Assembly (NCBI GenBank): GCA_963775685.1
Contig: CAVZJV010000014.1
Location: forward strand, 256,001 to 320,000
Length of the DNA: 64,000 nt
Source of the DNA: Candidatus Bathyarchaeota archaeon
GTDB taxonomy: Archaea; Thermoproteota; Bathyarchaeia; Bathyarchaeales; Bathycorpusculaceae
Reading direction: 5' to 3'
Made by a program: the position numbers and the translations under genes. Numbering within the stretch: the stretch's first letter is position 1; the number at the start of each line of letters is the position of its first letter. Under the pieces are notes generated by a model. The model searched no databases and was not told the DNA's origin. It saw nothing but the letters and a program-made list of their open reading frames with translations. Of this stretch, positions 19,744 through 31,368 are shown one piece after another.

Positions 19744-20184
19744 ATGAGAAGAGATAAATCAGAAATTGATTTCAAAAGTGACATTGACGAATTTATTCAT
19801 CTTGCTCAAAGATGGAACGCCCTCCATAAAAGATTACTAAACACTTTGGCGAGGCTGCCTGAAGAAGTTTACCAATTCACGTTACAAAAAATCTCTTTCC
19901 ATGCAGGCCAAAGTCAAACCATACAAGTAGACGAAATAAAAAAGCCCTACATGATAATTCTAAAAAGAACAGACTCAGAATCCCTAATAGCTCACGAAAT
20001 AGCCCATGCGTACCTTAATTATACTGAAACAAAAAGCAAGTCAGATGATCAAGAGGCAGAAGCCGACGAACTAAGAAAGAAATGGGGGTTCAAGAAAAAA
20101 CAACTCTGCCAAACCTTCCCTAACGGCTGTCTTAATTGCTTTAATCCGCACTGTTCCGAAAGCAAATCAAGGAAACTCAATTAA
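19744..20184 (+). CDS. Small HExxH zinc metallopeptidase-like protein (ImmA/IrrE-like)
   Basis: IAHEIAHAYL, downstream EAEAD...WGF, Cys-rich tail; AGGAG Shine-Dalgarno. Confidence 0.7.
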   Translation: MRRDKSEIDFKSDIDEFIHLAQRWNALHKRLLNTLARLPEEVYQFTLQKISFHAGQSQTIQVDEIKKPYMIILKRTDSESLIAHEIAHAYLNYTETKSKSDDQEAEADELRKKWGFKKKQLCQTFPNGCLNCFNPHCSESKSRKLN

Positions 20185-20300
20185 CATTTTTCTCAAAGGT
20201 CATTTTTTCTATTTCTTAATTGCAATTAATGTCAAGGCTTAACATAATGCATAGAAACATAATGCGTTTTCGGCTAAGTCTGATTCAGATTTGTTTATTC

Positions 20301-20970
20301 TTGTGTTTCTTTATTCTCTAATTTCATGTCCCAAACGTGTTATTATCTAATTCTTCAAGCTACTTCGTATGGATTTATTTTCTCTTTTCATATAACATAT
20401 AGCGGTGAATTGTTAGGGTAACAACTATAAAAATCGGTGATCATGAGGTTATGTACTCCTCAATAAGTTACCAGCGAGAATTTGCCTTAAAAGTGAAGGA
20501 AAATACGTAGGTCAACTTTTTTCAATTAAATGCCAGTTACCCTGCCGGTAGATGCACTGGTTGGTACTCAATACTTGCCTGCGTTATCACTTGGATGATT
20601 TTCAAAACTGCATGATTTGCTAAGAAACGAAAGCCAATGTACTTGCTTGGAAGGGAGCAAACGCCGAGAACGGAATTAAGACAATTGCTGAAATAGTCGG
20701 CGAAAACGACAAAACTAAAATTTCAAGTATTATTTTCAACGAACAATCTCCTTTTTCAACAAATGTCTACCATAAAATCGTAGGTTGTTTTGAGTTTGAG
20801 GGTTTAGATTTTATGCAAGAATCTCTAAAACTATTCTAAATGCTCCCTATTTATTGTGTGGAAATGTTTATTCGTTTGCACTTAGGCTACCCTTAATTCG
20901 TTGTAAGTTCCTGTGTTTCCTCTATCTTTGTTCGTATGCCCGAAACGGGCTATTTTCCAATTCTTCAAAT
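20301..20970. repeat. Diverged 60-bp direct repeat pair (20301-20360 and 20911-20970)
   Basis: Ungapped manual alignment gives 41/60 identities at an offset of 610 bp; core C.AAACG.G.TATT.TC.AATTCTTCAA. Confidence 0.6.
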
Positions 20971-21697
20971 CTCCCTTGATTTAATTTGAGGATTGCTCGT
21001 TAGGATATAGGCTGGCATTATTGTTTGTGAACATAAAGTTCAGCTATAAAGTTTGAGAGTAGTTTACCAACTCCGAATCCTTGATAATCCGTAAGCATCA
21101 CTATGTGGCGTACTCTGTAGCGTTTTGTATACACTTAATGTGCGTTTTTGTATAGGATGACTTTTTTTGAGGATATCGCAAAGCTTATATGGCATGTTGG
21201 TTTGCATGGATTGCAAGCCGCGCACGGGTTGATTGAAATCTTTCTTTGAATGAAGAAGACTATTTCACACATATGATTATTAACGCTTCAACAAGTTTGG
21301 CAACTGTTGAAGAGAAGAAGGTCAAACAATATGCCACTTAAAAACCGTCGTCTCTGTTTAAAACAGCGGTACATAAATTAAGCTCTTTAAAAAACTTAGA
21401 GTTGCTATTTATTGGTTCGTTGAAACTGATTGATTGGCCTTTTATCCTATTTCAAGCAAAGTAACCTTGCAAAAATGATACGTCATTGGCTGGATAAAGT
21501 TTGAACACATAATCTCAACCTTCAATTTTTGGTAATCCTTCAAGTTTTCCATCTAATTTTTACAAAAGTTAAATCATGTATAATAACTACAATTTTCTTT
21601 TAGTTAGATTGCGCGGATCGCATTATCATTTATTTTATTCCCTAAATCGGATTTTATGATTTAGTGACGTTCTGGGCGAGTAAAGTGAGTTGGAAAA

Positions 21698-22678
21698 ATG
21701 AGTATAACCCAAGTTAATGTAATCAAAGAAGGTTCTAAAACGAATCAGCGGTTAGCAGATAAATGCCCAGAATGTGCAAGCAAAAATCTCGTTCACGATT
21801 ATGACACGGGCGAAACTATCTGCGGCGATTGCGGTCTTGTTTTATACGAACAGATGTTAGATAAAGGACCTGAGTGGCGCGCTTTTACTCTTCAAGAAAA
21901 GGCCTCAAGAAGCCGCGTAGGTATGCCTACTTCCTATTCAATTCATGATAAAGGGTTATCCACAACCATCAGTCAAATTGACAGAGATGCCCTTGGAAGA
22001 AAACTACCATTATCCACAAGATTACAGATGTGGCGTCTTAGGAAATGGCAAATACGTAGTCGGGTCCACTCATCCTTCGACCGAAACCTCGCTCAAGCTA
22101 TGAGTGAACTTGAACGTTTATCGAGCAAAGTAAACATTTCACCACCGATAAAGGAAAAAGCCGCCGTGGTTTACAGAAAAGCACTCGACAAAGGCTTAGT
22201 CCGAGGAAGGTCGATCAACGCTATCGCTGCAGCATCACTATACGCTGCTTGCCGGAAAAGTGGATCACCCAAAACTCTTCGCGAAATCGCTGAAGCAAGT
22301 CTAGTGCATAAGAAAGATGTTTCAAGATGCTATAGACTGATGCTGCAAGAGCTGGATTTTCGCATGCCAGTTTCTGATCCTTTGACATATGTTTCAAAAA
22401 TTGCAGAAATAAATGGAGTATCCGGCAAAACACAGGGGACAGCTATAGCAATACTTAGGGATGCTAGACAAAAACGATTTTCAGCAGGAAAGGACCCAAT
22501 TGGTATGGCTGCAGCTGCGCTCTACATAGCTTGTTTGCAGAATAACGAAAAGATAACACAAAAAGACATTGCTGAAGCGTCCGGAGTAACTGAAGTGACG
22601 GTTAGAAACAGATACAAAGCACTAAAGAAACAGCTAAATCTGATATTGCCTGATCAAAGAGATAGTCTAATCGTATAA
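21698..22678 (+). CDS. tfb: Transcription initiation factor IIB (TFB paralog)
   Basis: Zn ribbon CPEC...CGDCG, GPEWRAF, two cyclin repeats, GVTEVTVRNRY. Confidence 0.96.
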   Translation: MSITQVNVIKEGSKTNQRLADKCPECASKNLVHDYDTGETICGDCGLVLYEQMLDKGPEWRAFTLQEKASRSRVGMPTSYSIHDKGLSTTISQIDRDALGRKLPLSTRLQMWRLRKWQIRSRVHSSFDRNLAQAMSELERLSSKVNISPPIKEKAAVVYRKALDKGLVRGRSINAIAAASLYAACRKSGSPKTLREIAEASLVHKKDVSRCYRLMLQELDFRMPVSDPLTYVSKIAEINGVSGKTQGTAIAILRDARQKRFSAGKDPIGMAAAALYIACLQNNEKITQKDIAEASGVTEVTVRNRYKALKKQLNLILPDQRDSLIV

Positions 22679-22792
22679 TTCCTGGTTTTTCTTCATAATT
22701 GATAAAAGCTCGGTTGATCTTTCTATGAAACACAGGAATAGTTGTTTGATGAAGGAGATTGTATAGTTTCTTTTGTAATATGGTGATATGAG

Positions 22793-22924
22793 ATGAGTAA
22801 GAAAGGAGAAACACGCGAACAAGATAGGGGAAAACCTCAGCCTCGAAAAAAGAAGGAAAGGGAAGATAACCGCAAAAAGAAAAAACTTGGCAGAGTTGAA
22901 AGACAAAAGTCAAGACAGGCTTAG
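22793..22924 (+). CDS. 43-aa highly basic small protein
   Basis: MSKKGETREQDRGKPQPRKKKEREDNRKKKKLGRVERQKSRQA; GGTGA motif 6 nt upstream; below the ORF-track cutoff. Confidence 0.5.
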   Translation: MSKKGETREQDRGKPQPRKKKEREDNRKKKKLGRVERQKSRQA

Positions 22925-23029
22925 TTTAGATTAATCCGGGGTTTCGTTAATTTATTGTTTGAAAACGGTTCCGCGTTTTTGGCTAAGATTACCCTCTATA
23001 TTAATGGGGAATATGTAGTCTTTTAAATG

Positions 23030-23248
23030 CTAAAGATCGCTATTGATGCTGTGTAAGCTTCGATAAAGAAGAATGTCGGCAATCGCCAGCATTGCCAACA
23101 CTATTAACGCTCCCGCTAAGTATTCTGGGTGTCCATTGTCTATTGACTCACTAATACCTAACTCTATACCAAAAACTGCTACCATGATTGTTGCGATTAC
23201 GGTTATTAAAAATCCAATTTTTGCGTTCACAGTGGTCTTCTTCTCCAA
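23030..23248 (-). CDS. Small two-TM membrane protein
   Basis: Two hydrophobic helices; purine-rich sequence upstream of the TTG start. Confidence 0.55.
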   Translation of the reverse strand: MEKKTTVNAKIGFLITVIATIMVAVFGIELGISESIDNGHPEYLAGALIVLAMLAIADILLYRSLHSINSDL

Positions 23249-24845
23249 TTACATTTTCTGTTCCCCCTTATTTCCCTTTCTGAACAGTAACATTCTGGAC
23301 ACTATTTAGATGGAATAAACATCATGTGAAGGCTCCAAAACTTCTTGTGTAATGTCCCATGTCCTGCAAAAATTAGTGCATTAACAAACTAAATCGTTTC
23401 AAAATGTTTTCGACTTCTTTGGTGAAATAAAATTTTGCTTAGGGTTTTTTCTATTTCTTTGCTCAAACTTTTAGGTGTTTCTCTTTAGATGCGGATTAGG
23501 AAGCTCTAACTATTTTTTATTGACTGTGTAGCCGCCTGAGCTGTTAATGCTTCCTAACGTTGGTTCCCAGACATGTTGAAGGGATGAAGCCCCGTTTGCT
23601 TGAACATCTAACGTCTCCGTAAGGTTTACCTTTGCATGTCTCGCCCAGCTCAAGTCAATGGTAGCATCATTAACTTGGAAGCTAAAAGTGTCCATATTGT
23701 TTGCGCCCGAAACGGATGATGCAAGATTGTTTCCTATTCCTTCAACCGTAAGATGTGACGCTCAGGATACCTCGAAATCGAAATCTCCAACCATAAAATT
23801 CGTCAGTTCTATGGAGCTATCGCTGACATATAGCGGCAAACTGGTTGGCGCTATAAAACGTCTGCGGTCCACGGGTGCGCAAGAAAAACTAGACTATCCA
23901 ACGTGGGCATGGAAATTTCAGCTTTTGCACTAAAAATACCAAAAACAAACCGGCCTTAACATCAATCTTCAACGTTTCACACGGCTGATATTGTCCCAGT
24001 AGCTTCGCATTTGATATAATATTTTGTAAGCTCGATTTGCCGGCAAAAACTATGTTATGGGTTAAATTTTGGAGGCACCGAACTCAAAAAGTGAAGTTTT
24101 TGTGAACTGTTTTCCTCATGCTCAACTGTTTGATCTGATGGAGTACTTGTAGAAGGTAGTTGGCTTCTACAAAATTGAATAGGTCACAGTAGATTTTTAG
24201 GGATGACTCGTTTGGGGCTTTGAAGTAAGCCCAACCGTCCGTGCCGACAAGAAAATTAGGCAAGGCGCATTTCCTGGCTAATCTCCATATTCTTACTTAT
24301 CAGGCTTAAAACCCTGCAAGATGTCAGACTAAACCATAAAGTTAACCGTAATGATTCCCAAAAAGGGGTCTTAAAAGAAATTAATCAAAAAAAAGAGAAT
24401 TATTGCGTTTTGCTTATCTTGCCTAGCAGGGTCCATAGGTGTACCCGTAGCCAAAGTTGGCTTGATAGGGTGCTGGATGATGAGTCGTCTGTTGGGGCTT
24501 GTGGCGTTGCATATTGGCCAGTGTAGGCTTATTTTGTTCCGTTTCCGAAACAGTTGAGGTCCATCCCCGGTAATCATGTTTGGGGGTGGGTTGGGGTTTG
24601 TGGTCGTGTCCGAGTGGGTAGAGAATAGTTTGGCTTAAGCAGCTTGAAGGTGACTAAGGTTAGTGACGCTATATCGATTAAGGCTATTATGATTTTTGTT
24701 CTTTGCATTTGTTTATTACCATATTACCCTTTGATCATGGGGTCTTATGGTCGTTCGCTGAAAAAAACAAGAAACCGACCATGAGACAGTAAACTCTTTG
24801 TATTTCAAGTTACCCTTACCTTTAAACATCAAAGAAGGTATCAGA

Positions 24846-25305
24846 ATGGTTAAGGGCAAAATTGGGGATCAAGCGCCAGACTTCACCCTCAAAGCAAACA
24901 CGGGGGAAAATATCACTTTATCTCAGTTTTTTGGAAAGAAGAATATTGCTTTTTCTTTTATCCGAGAGATGAAGGACCTACTTGCGTCAAAGAAGCACAG
25001 GCTTTTAGAAATGACTCTGACGCCTTCAAAGAAAGAAATGCAGAAGTTATTGGCATAAAGTGCCCAAAGTGTAGAAGGACATAAGAAATTTGCAACTCAC
25101 TCATAACTTAGAATATATTTTGGTGAGTGATAGCGATAACCAGATTAGAAAGTTATATGGCGTTTCAGCTACCTTGGGGGTTCCTGGAAGGGTAGCCTAT
25201 GTTATCGATACAAGAGGCATCGTTAAGCATATTTTTGTTTCACAGCTTCATTTCAATAAGCACCCAAAGGAAGCTTTGCAGGCTTTGAAAGAAATAACTG
25301 TGTAG
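24846..25305 (+). pseudogene. bcp: Peroxiredoxin (BCP/PrxQ), frameshifted
   Basis: GDQAPDFTL...FYPRDEGPTCVKEA...LVSDSDNQIRKLYGV...GRVAYVID split across frames by at least two indels. Confidence 0.85.
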
Positions 25306-25800
25306 TTACTTCACTGATTCAAAATTTTGCAAGCAGATATAATTGGAAAAACAGCCGTTTAGAATATTGACTTAACTTAGTGGTTGTCAGTGTTGAAGAC
25401 ATGGGATTTATCGTGTTCGTTCTTATTCCTGGCAATGTAGTTTTTTTCCTAGAATTTTGGGGCCGATCTTTTGGGTGTAGGGCGCAATCTTTTCCAGCAT
25501 AGCCATTAAGAAAGAGCCATTCAGTTAAGCTTTAGAAAGTTCTTTTGCGTTTTTCTGATATGTTATAGAGTAACTGTTAAACCTTGATAGTTTTTCTGCT
25601 TTGCAGATTGGATTGCCCGCCTATCGGGCTCAAAATAACTGTGCACCATGCGTTTAGATCATGTGCATTTAAACTTAAAACTTTTGCAAATCACGATAAA
25701 TATGATTTAGCGTGTATTGAATCTTAATCAGAGTTATTTTCCTTAACTTTTTCTATAATGCGCCCATTTAAAACTAAAAAAGGGGAAAGATAGTTTTTGC

Positions 25801-28514
25801 TTATTGTCTTTTTCTAAGCATAGAAATTATTACTAGAGCAAGGACAATGAAAATCAAGACGAATAGTCCGACAGTTGCTGGAACAAAGTAGGTATCAGCA
25901 ACAGATGCCGCAGGTCCATTTGTAGGTGCTGATGTTAGGTGAGGTGCACTTGCATAGAAATGTGTTTCTGCATTAGATGGGTAGTATGAGTTTGTGCCTG
26001 CAAAATTTGCGTTGACTGTGAAATCGCCGGGTATATCTGGTGTCCAAGTGAAAGCGAACGTACCGCTGTCATCAGTTGTAGTAGTGCCGATTTGTCTATT
26101 GTTGCCATTAGAATCAAGAACTTCTATAGAAACCGGAACGCCCGTAACATTGTTTGGTTTTGGCTGTTGCATATAAACGTATTCCATCCATACACTTTGA
26201 CTTGCATCAGAAACGGCTGGAAGCCCATTGGGAAAGTTCTTTGCAACTGTTTCTTGTTGTGAACCTGCAGAGATATCAGTAATTATACCTGTTATGGTGA
26301 CTGGGGTTTCAGTTGTAACACCAATTTGCGGTACAGAGATCGTTGTAGAACTTGGACCCATGCCATAAGCGTATATCTGATTGTCATATGCGTTTATCAC
26401 AGTCATGATGCCATACGCTACAGCGGGTATACTGTTAACGTCGAAAGCGTCTATACTCCAAGCGAGCTCTCCGGTGGTGCAGTTAATAGCTAGTTGCTGT
26501 GCTCCAAGGAATAAGGGTGGACTATATTCGTGTCCCTCTTCGAGGAAGAGGAGTCCATCAGCGACACCCCCCATAGAAAACGTCCAAAGGGGCCATATGC
26601 CATAAGGGCTGTTTGTACCGCTGGAACCGTGGAGCGTGGTTGTGTTGGTGTACCAGTTGATTTTCCCAGTTATCATGTCTATAGACCAGATATCTCCGCC
26701 GAAGCCAGTTAAATATAGTGTTCCGTTAGCCTGAGTATTCATATAGCCACCGATACTGTCGTAAGGATTAACAGGAGAAAGTACATGTTTCCATAATTGG
26801 ATGCCTGAGCTAACACTGTAACCGTAAATTATAGAATCCTCATAAGATATTTCGCAGTATACTCCATAGCCGTCGCCTTCTCCAACTACCCTCGAGAAAG
26901 GTGCGTATGTTCTATTCACCATCCATAGTTGCTCTCCAGTATCTGCGCTGTAGCCTGCCTCGATTTGCCATCCTGGCTGGAACAGACCACCAGCCGAACC
27001 TCCAGAAGTCATTATGACAACACCACTGTTGATGTCTTGCGCAGTGGTAATTGGGCCAGCAGCACCAATTGAGAATGCGGAGGGTAATGCATTGCCTGAA
27101 TAATTAGTGGCTAAGGGCATTTTCCAGACTATACCATTAGAATAATCTATGATTCCATTTTGTGGGGGCCTCCAGTACCAACCCGAAGCTTGAGCACCCC
27201 AAGCTCCGGCCATAATACATGCTGTCGAGTTCCACATATTTAGAGTCGGTCCAGTACTAGTAACTACCGTTGGCGAGGGTCCAATATTGTTATTAATTGG
27301 GCCCATGACCATTTGTTTTCCCGCAGTTTGGTTAATGTAGTAGCCTATCAAGTCTCCACTAGGATCAGTCATAAGCGCCGCTGAAGTGCCGTTGACAATG
27401 CTCAAGATGTAAGTTCCGGTCTCGGCGTCAAACATATTTAATGTAGTTCCGGACAGACGATTCCGGCAGGGGTTCCAGTTGTCCAAATGTATGCGAGACC
27501 GCCATATTGGTTGGGTGAGACGTAATCAAGTATCTGGCCACAAAGTATTGTTGTACATAATCCCGACGATGTTAGAGCAGTCTGCGCTGGAGAACCACCG
27601 CCGTAGTTGTTGCCATTGTTAGTCCATACTGTTTGTCCCGTGTACAAGTCTACGCAAACTAAGCCTGCAGGAGTAGTTGAACTTCCTGGGTATACATTAT
27701 AGTAGAGAAAGCCATTAATTATTACTGGAGAGAATTTTTTCTCGTATTGTGCGGTCGAGTAATAGTTGCCATATGTTGTTGTTCCGCCGAAGTCTCCTCC
27801 GAGTACGCCTCCAAACGCCTCAGGTTTTGTCCATATGATGTGAGAGGACTGTGGCGCTGTAGTGTAAGGATTATAGTTTGCGGTCGTATTGTACTTGCCG
27901 CTTCCGCCGAGGTTAAGTGAAGCTCCACCAATCGCGTACCAATTGTGGACGTTCATTGCGTTTATTGGGGTCTGCCAGTAGTTTGTCGGAAGCGGAGCGA
28001 CTGAAACTCCTCCCACTGGTTCTTGCTGCACGGTAAGGGTTGCGATACTGCTAGTGCTGGGTTGATAATAATCGCCAATAAATGGGCTAGTTTGTCTAGG
28101 GGCAAGATTGTCTCCTGTTAATGTTTGTCCTCCAAATGTCGCCTGGAAAGTGTAGACACCAAGTTGGACAGGCGTGAAGGGTGTATAAGTTCCTCCAGTA
28201 TCATCGCTTGTAAATGGTCCTAATGTTTGGGTGGTTGTGTCTGGAAGCGTGACTTTCAGTGTTATGTTCTGCCATCTGTCACCATAGGGACCGTTTGCTG
28301 TTGGTGGCGGTTGACCAAGCCACATACCAATGTTAACTGTTTGGCCTACTCCAACGGGGTTAGTTCCGACATTACAGAAAGTATAGGTGGGAATATTCAA
28401 AGGTGGGCTATGTGCATTAACATTTGGTAATATAAGCATTGAAGTTCCCGTAGAAATTGTTAGAATTGTTACAATCAAAATTGCCATAGTTTTACTTAGA
28501 TTTAGCATTTTCAT
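25801..28514 (-). CDS. Secreted PQQ-like beta-propeller surface protein with C-terminal membrane anchor; one frameshift near 27455
   Basis: Signal peptide, Trp-ending propeller repeats (TGQTVW, TGEQLW, TGELAW), GHEYSPPLF, C-terminal TM helix followed by RKR; ORFs 27438-28514 and 25801-27486 are collinear with the paralog at 58983-61633. Confidence 0.85.
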
Positions 28515-28895
28515 TTTTTCTTTTCCTTTCTTTTTATTTTATATTGATAAAAAATGTTATAAACGAAGTTTACAACATTTACTTAAAAGCTTTATTTAAT
28601 TTAAATACTTTGCCTAATGTTATGCTATAAAATAAACACATAAATAACAATTTATAGTTAGAAATATTTGTTTTGAATTAGTTAACCTAAAAAGTTAAAA
28701 AAGACCGAAATAACAATGCATTTTCGGAATAAGTTAAACCGATTTTTAACAATAAGTGAGTTTAGTATTCTAGTCCAATTATTTGACCGTTGATCCTTCG
28801 TTGGAATTGTTCATTATTACTATAGAAAGCAGAGTCGGAGTTTCTAAGTGCGCCGGTATAATGAAATATAAAATAAAGCTAATAAGGTTATCAAA

Positions 28896-29252
28896 TTGAG
28901 CCATAGGCATGTTATTAAAAAGACGCATGTTTTAATAATAGAATTTGACGATGTTATTACTGCAAAGCTGGCTATCGATAGTGAGTATTTTGGTGAGGGC
29001 AACTGCAAAGATGGAGTTTTGGACTTTGATTTTGAGTATTGCCTTGATTGCGGTTTGAGGTTGCTTGATGGCAGACCGATTAAGACGCAGGATATCTTGG
29101 AGGCAGAGTTTGAAAGGTTTGTAGTTCAAGCGAAGAAAGGCAACCATGTCAACTCTGACAAGTCAACTGCTCAGCATACCGATTTTGAGACCTTACGACG
29201 ATTAATTCAAACGGCCTTGGCATTTGGCAAGATAACCAAAACATATTCCTAA
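28896..29252 (+). CDS. Hypothetical protein
   Basis: 118-aa ORF with a CLDC motif; no family recognised. Confidence 0.4.
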   Translation: MSHRHVIKKTHVLIIEFDDVITAKLAIDSEYFGEGNCKDGVLDFDFEYCLDCGLRLLDGRPIKTQDILEAEFERFVVQAKKGNHVNSDKSTAQHTDFETLRRLIQTALAFGKITKTYS

Positions 29253-29344
29253 ATTAGAAGCATGATCGCAAAAAATTGGAGACTTGTATCTTTTGTATCG
29301 AGTGTATAATTGTGACATTCGAAAAAAGACATAAAAGTAATTTG

Positions 29345-29632
29345 TTAAGGCTTAGGTTCATAGACTATTACTTTCTCTTTCTCTTCTTGTATTGCTACGC
29401 CATGTTTCTTGGCGATGTTTGTTACCTTTTGTCTAATTTCAGCATCAATCGTCATTGTTATTCGTATCTCAAAGAATTTCGGGGTCCCTTTTTGAGGAAT
29501 GTTCAACGCTAAGTTAAAGGCACCTGCGCTCATATTTTCGCTTAAATTCATAATTTCCTTACAAATGGCTACAGCTTCATTCCTGTTTATCTTAATGTCT
29601 TCCCTCTTCAATTTATCGTACGTATGGTACAT
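29345..29632 (-). CDS. Small hypothetical protein
   Basis: Plausible alpha/beta protein ending IAKKHGVAIQEEKEKVIVYEP. Confidence 0.55.
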   Translation of the reverse strand: MYHTYDKLKREDIKINRNEAVAICKEIMNLSENMSAGAFNLALNIPQKGTPKFFEIRITMTIDAEIRQKVTNIAKKHGVAIQEEKEKVIVYEPKP

Positions 29633-30076
29633 AAAAGTTTTTAGTTATCTCTCTGCTTTTACAAGAAGAAAACAGTTTAGCATTTGATTATTTCGTCTTC
29701 ATGATTTGGCGACATCATTTTAAATTATTTCAAGTCGTACATGTTGACAAGGACAAAATAAGTTAACGAAATTGAGCGGGTCTGCTTGCAAAACAAAGGG
29801 GAGGCGCTTAACATCACTTTCTTTCGTGTCTTTGACTGCCCAACAAACTATTTTAACGCCTAATTTTTGAAATTTGGTGTTGCCAAACCACAATAACACA
29901 GGTATTTACCGTTTACCGCATTAATTGTAAAACAGATGTGTTGACGCTATAATTTTAACAGTTGAATCAAGTATTTTTGAATCTTATCAAAGCTATTTAT
30001 CGAATAATTGTTGTCTAACGCCAACAATAGCAAATATATTATATCGCGTTATCTGAAATAATCTCTCAACGGATCT

Positions 30077-30298
30077 CTATTTTGCTTCAAGCGTTATAGA
30101 GTCATTTATCTCAAAACGAGGTTGAGAAACCATCTGTAACCTGCTTAAAACAATAAAGAGATTTTCAAAAGCAGAAATTAAGTCATCTAAGAGTATTCCT
30201 CTATACTCGCCAGGGAGCAACTGGAGTTTATCATTGAAAACTGTCGCTAGCTTGGCTTGTAATTCCTTCCTGTTTTTTGAGCTTAATTTTGCGTTCAT
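30077..30298 (-). CDS. Small helical hypothetical protein (paralog of 15943-16122)
   Basis: Shares RKEL.AKLA.VF..K...L..E.R.ILLDD...AFEN...VL. Confidence 0.75.
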   Translation of the reverse strand: MNAKLSSKNRKELQAKLATVFNDKLQLLPGEYRGILLDDLISAFENLFIVLSRLQMVSQPRFEINDSITLEAK

Positions 30299-30992
30299 TG
30301 TTATCTTCCTGATTGAAATTCATTAAATATCTTTAATTGGTTTATGATCAGAAAATACTTATTTGAAATCAATGCAATTTATTAGTTCGAGTTAAGCAGA
30401 TAAAGATAATTATACATGGTCATTTAGATGAACAATCAAACTAAGACAGTTTTTAGTTTCAGCTTACGAACTCTTTTTATAAAGGTAAGGCTTCCGCAAA
30501 CCCTTGATCGTTCTACAGTGGATAATTTAGAGAAAATTGTACCTGAGCGTAACTGCAGGTTGTTGCTGTCAATTATGTGTTTCTTATGGCGAAACCTCTC
30601 TTGTTGCAGTTTTTTTAATTTTTGAAGTGTTATCATCTAAGAAACCAAAAGACTATATTTTTTGATATATTCATTGAATTATGCTGTTTCAATATCATCT
30701 CTTATGGTGGCTTATGACCTCTTCTAAAGGCAATTGATTATAATTTTTAATTTACTTAAGAGGATATTCAAGACCAAGATTGATGTGAGTTTAGAATTAA
30801 TTTCGTTTTTGGCCCAGTTCTAAATTGCTAGAGTATGGCGTAAACAGACTTAACTATTGCCGTGAGCTATGGCAATATTTAGAGGCTTTATTTATGATAC
30901 ACGTAAAGTAAGGCTTTCGGGGCTTGCTTGTGAAATTGTTCTGCCTGAGAAAAAACTGAAAGCCGTCGAATGTACCTCAAGATCTTCTTAAT

Positions 30993-31235
30993 GTGCCCAG
31001 AACTATATTCAGCGACCCCACCAAGCCTGATTTGAACCATTTTTATGACCAAATTGCATGGTTCAATCAGAAAAAAGAAATTTCCGAGCTTACGTTGAAA
31101 TATGTAAATGGAGGTATTTTTGATTTCATTCCGTATGCGATGTCATCTCTTAAGCTAACGAAAAATCAGTTGTCCTATCGCATTTCCGACCATTATCCAC
31201 TATGGGCTGAGTTCGACGTAAGAGCTCAAAAGTGA
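30993..31235 (+). pseudogene. C-terminal fragment of an endonuclease/exonuclease/phosphatase-family protein
   Basis: YDQI...SDHYPLWAEF catalytic C-terminus; N-terminal part absent. Confidence 0.7.
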
Positions 31236-31368
31236 CATTCTAGCTCTAACGAAGATTGACAAGTAATCTTCTATTTGCCCCGAAGTAATAAACCCTGTTA
31301 GTCGAGGCCGTATCTGAACGTTTAAAGTGCTTTTTGCTTCCCCTTCGAGTCATAGTGTCCAAGTAGGG

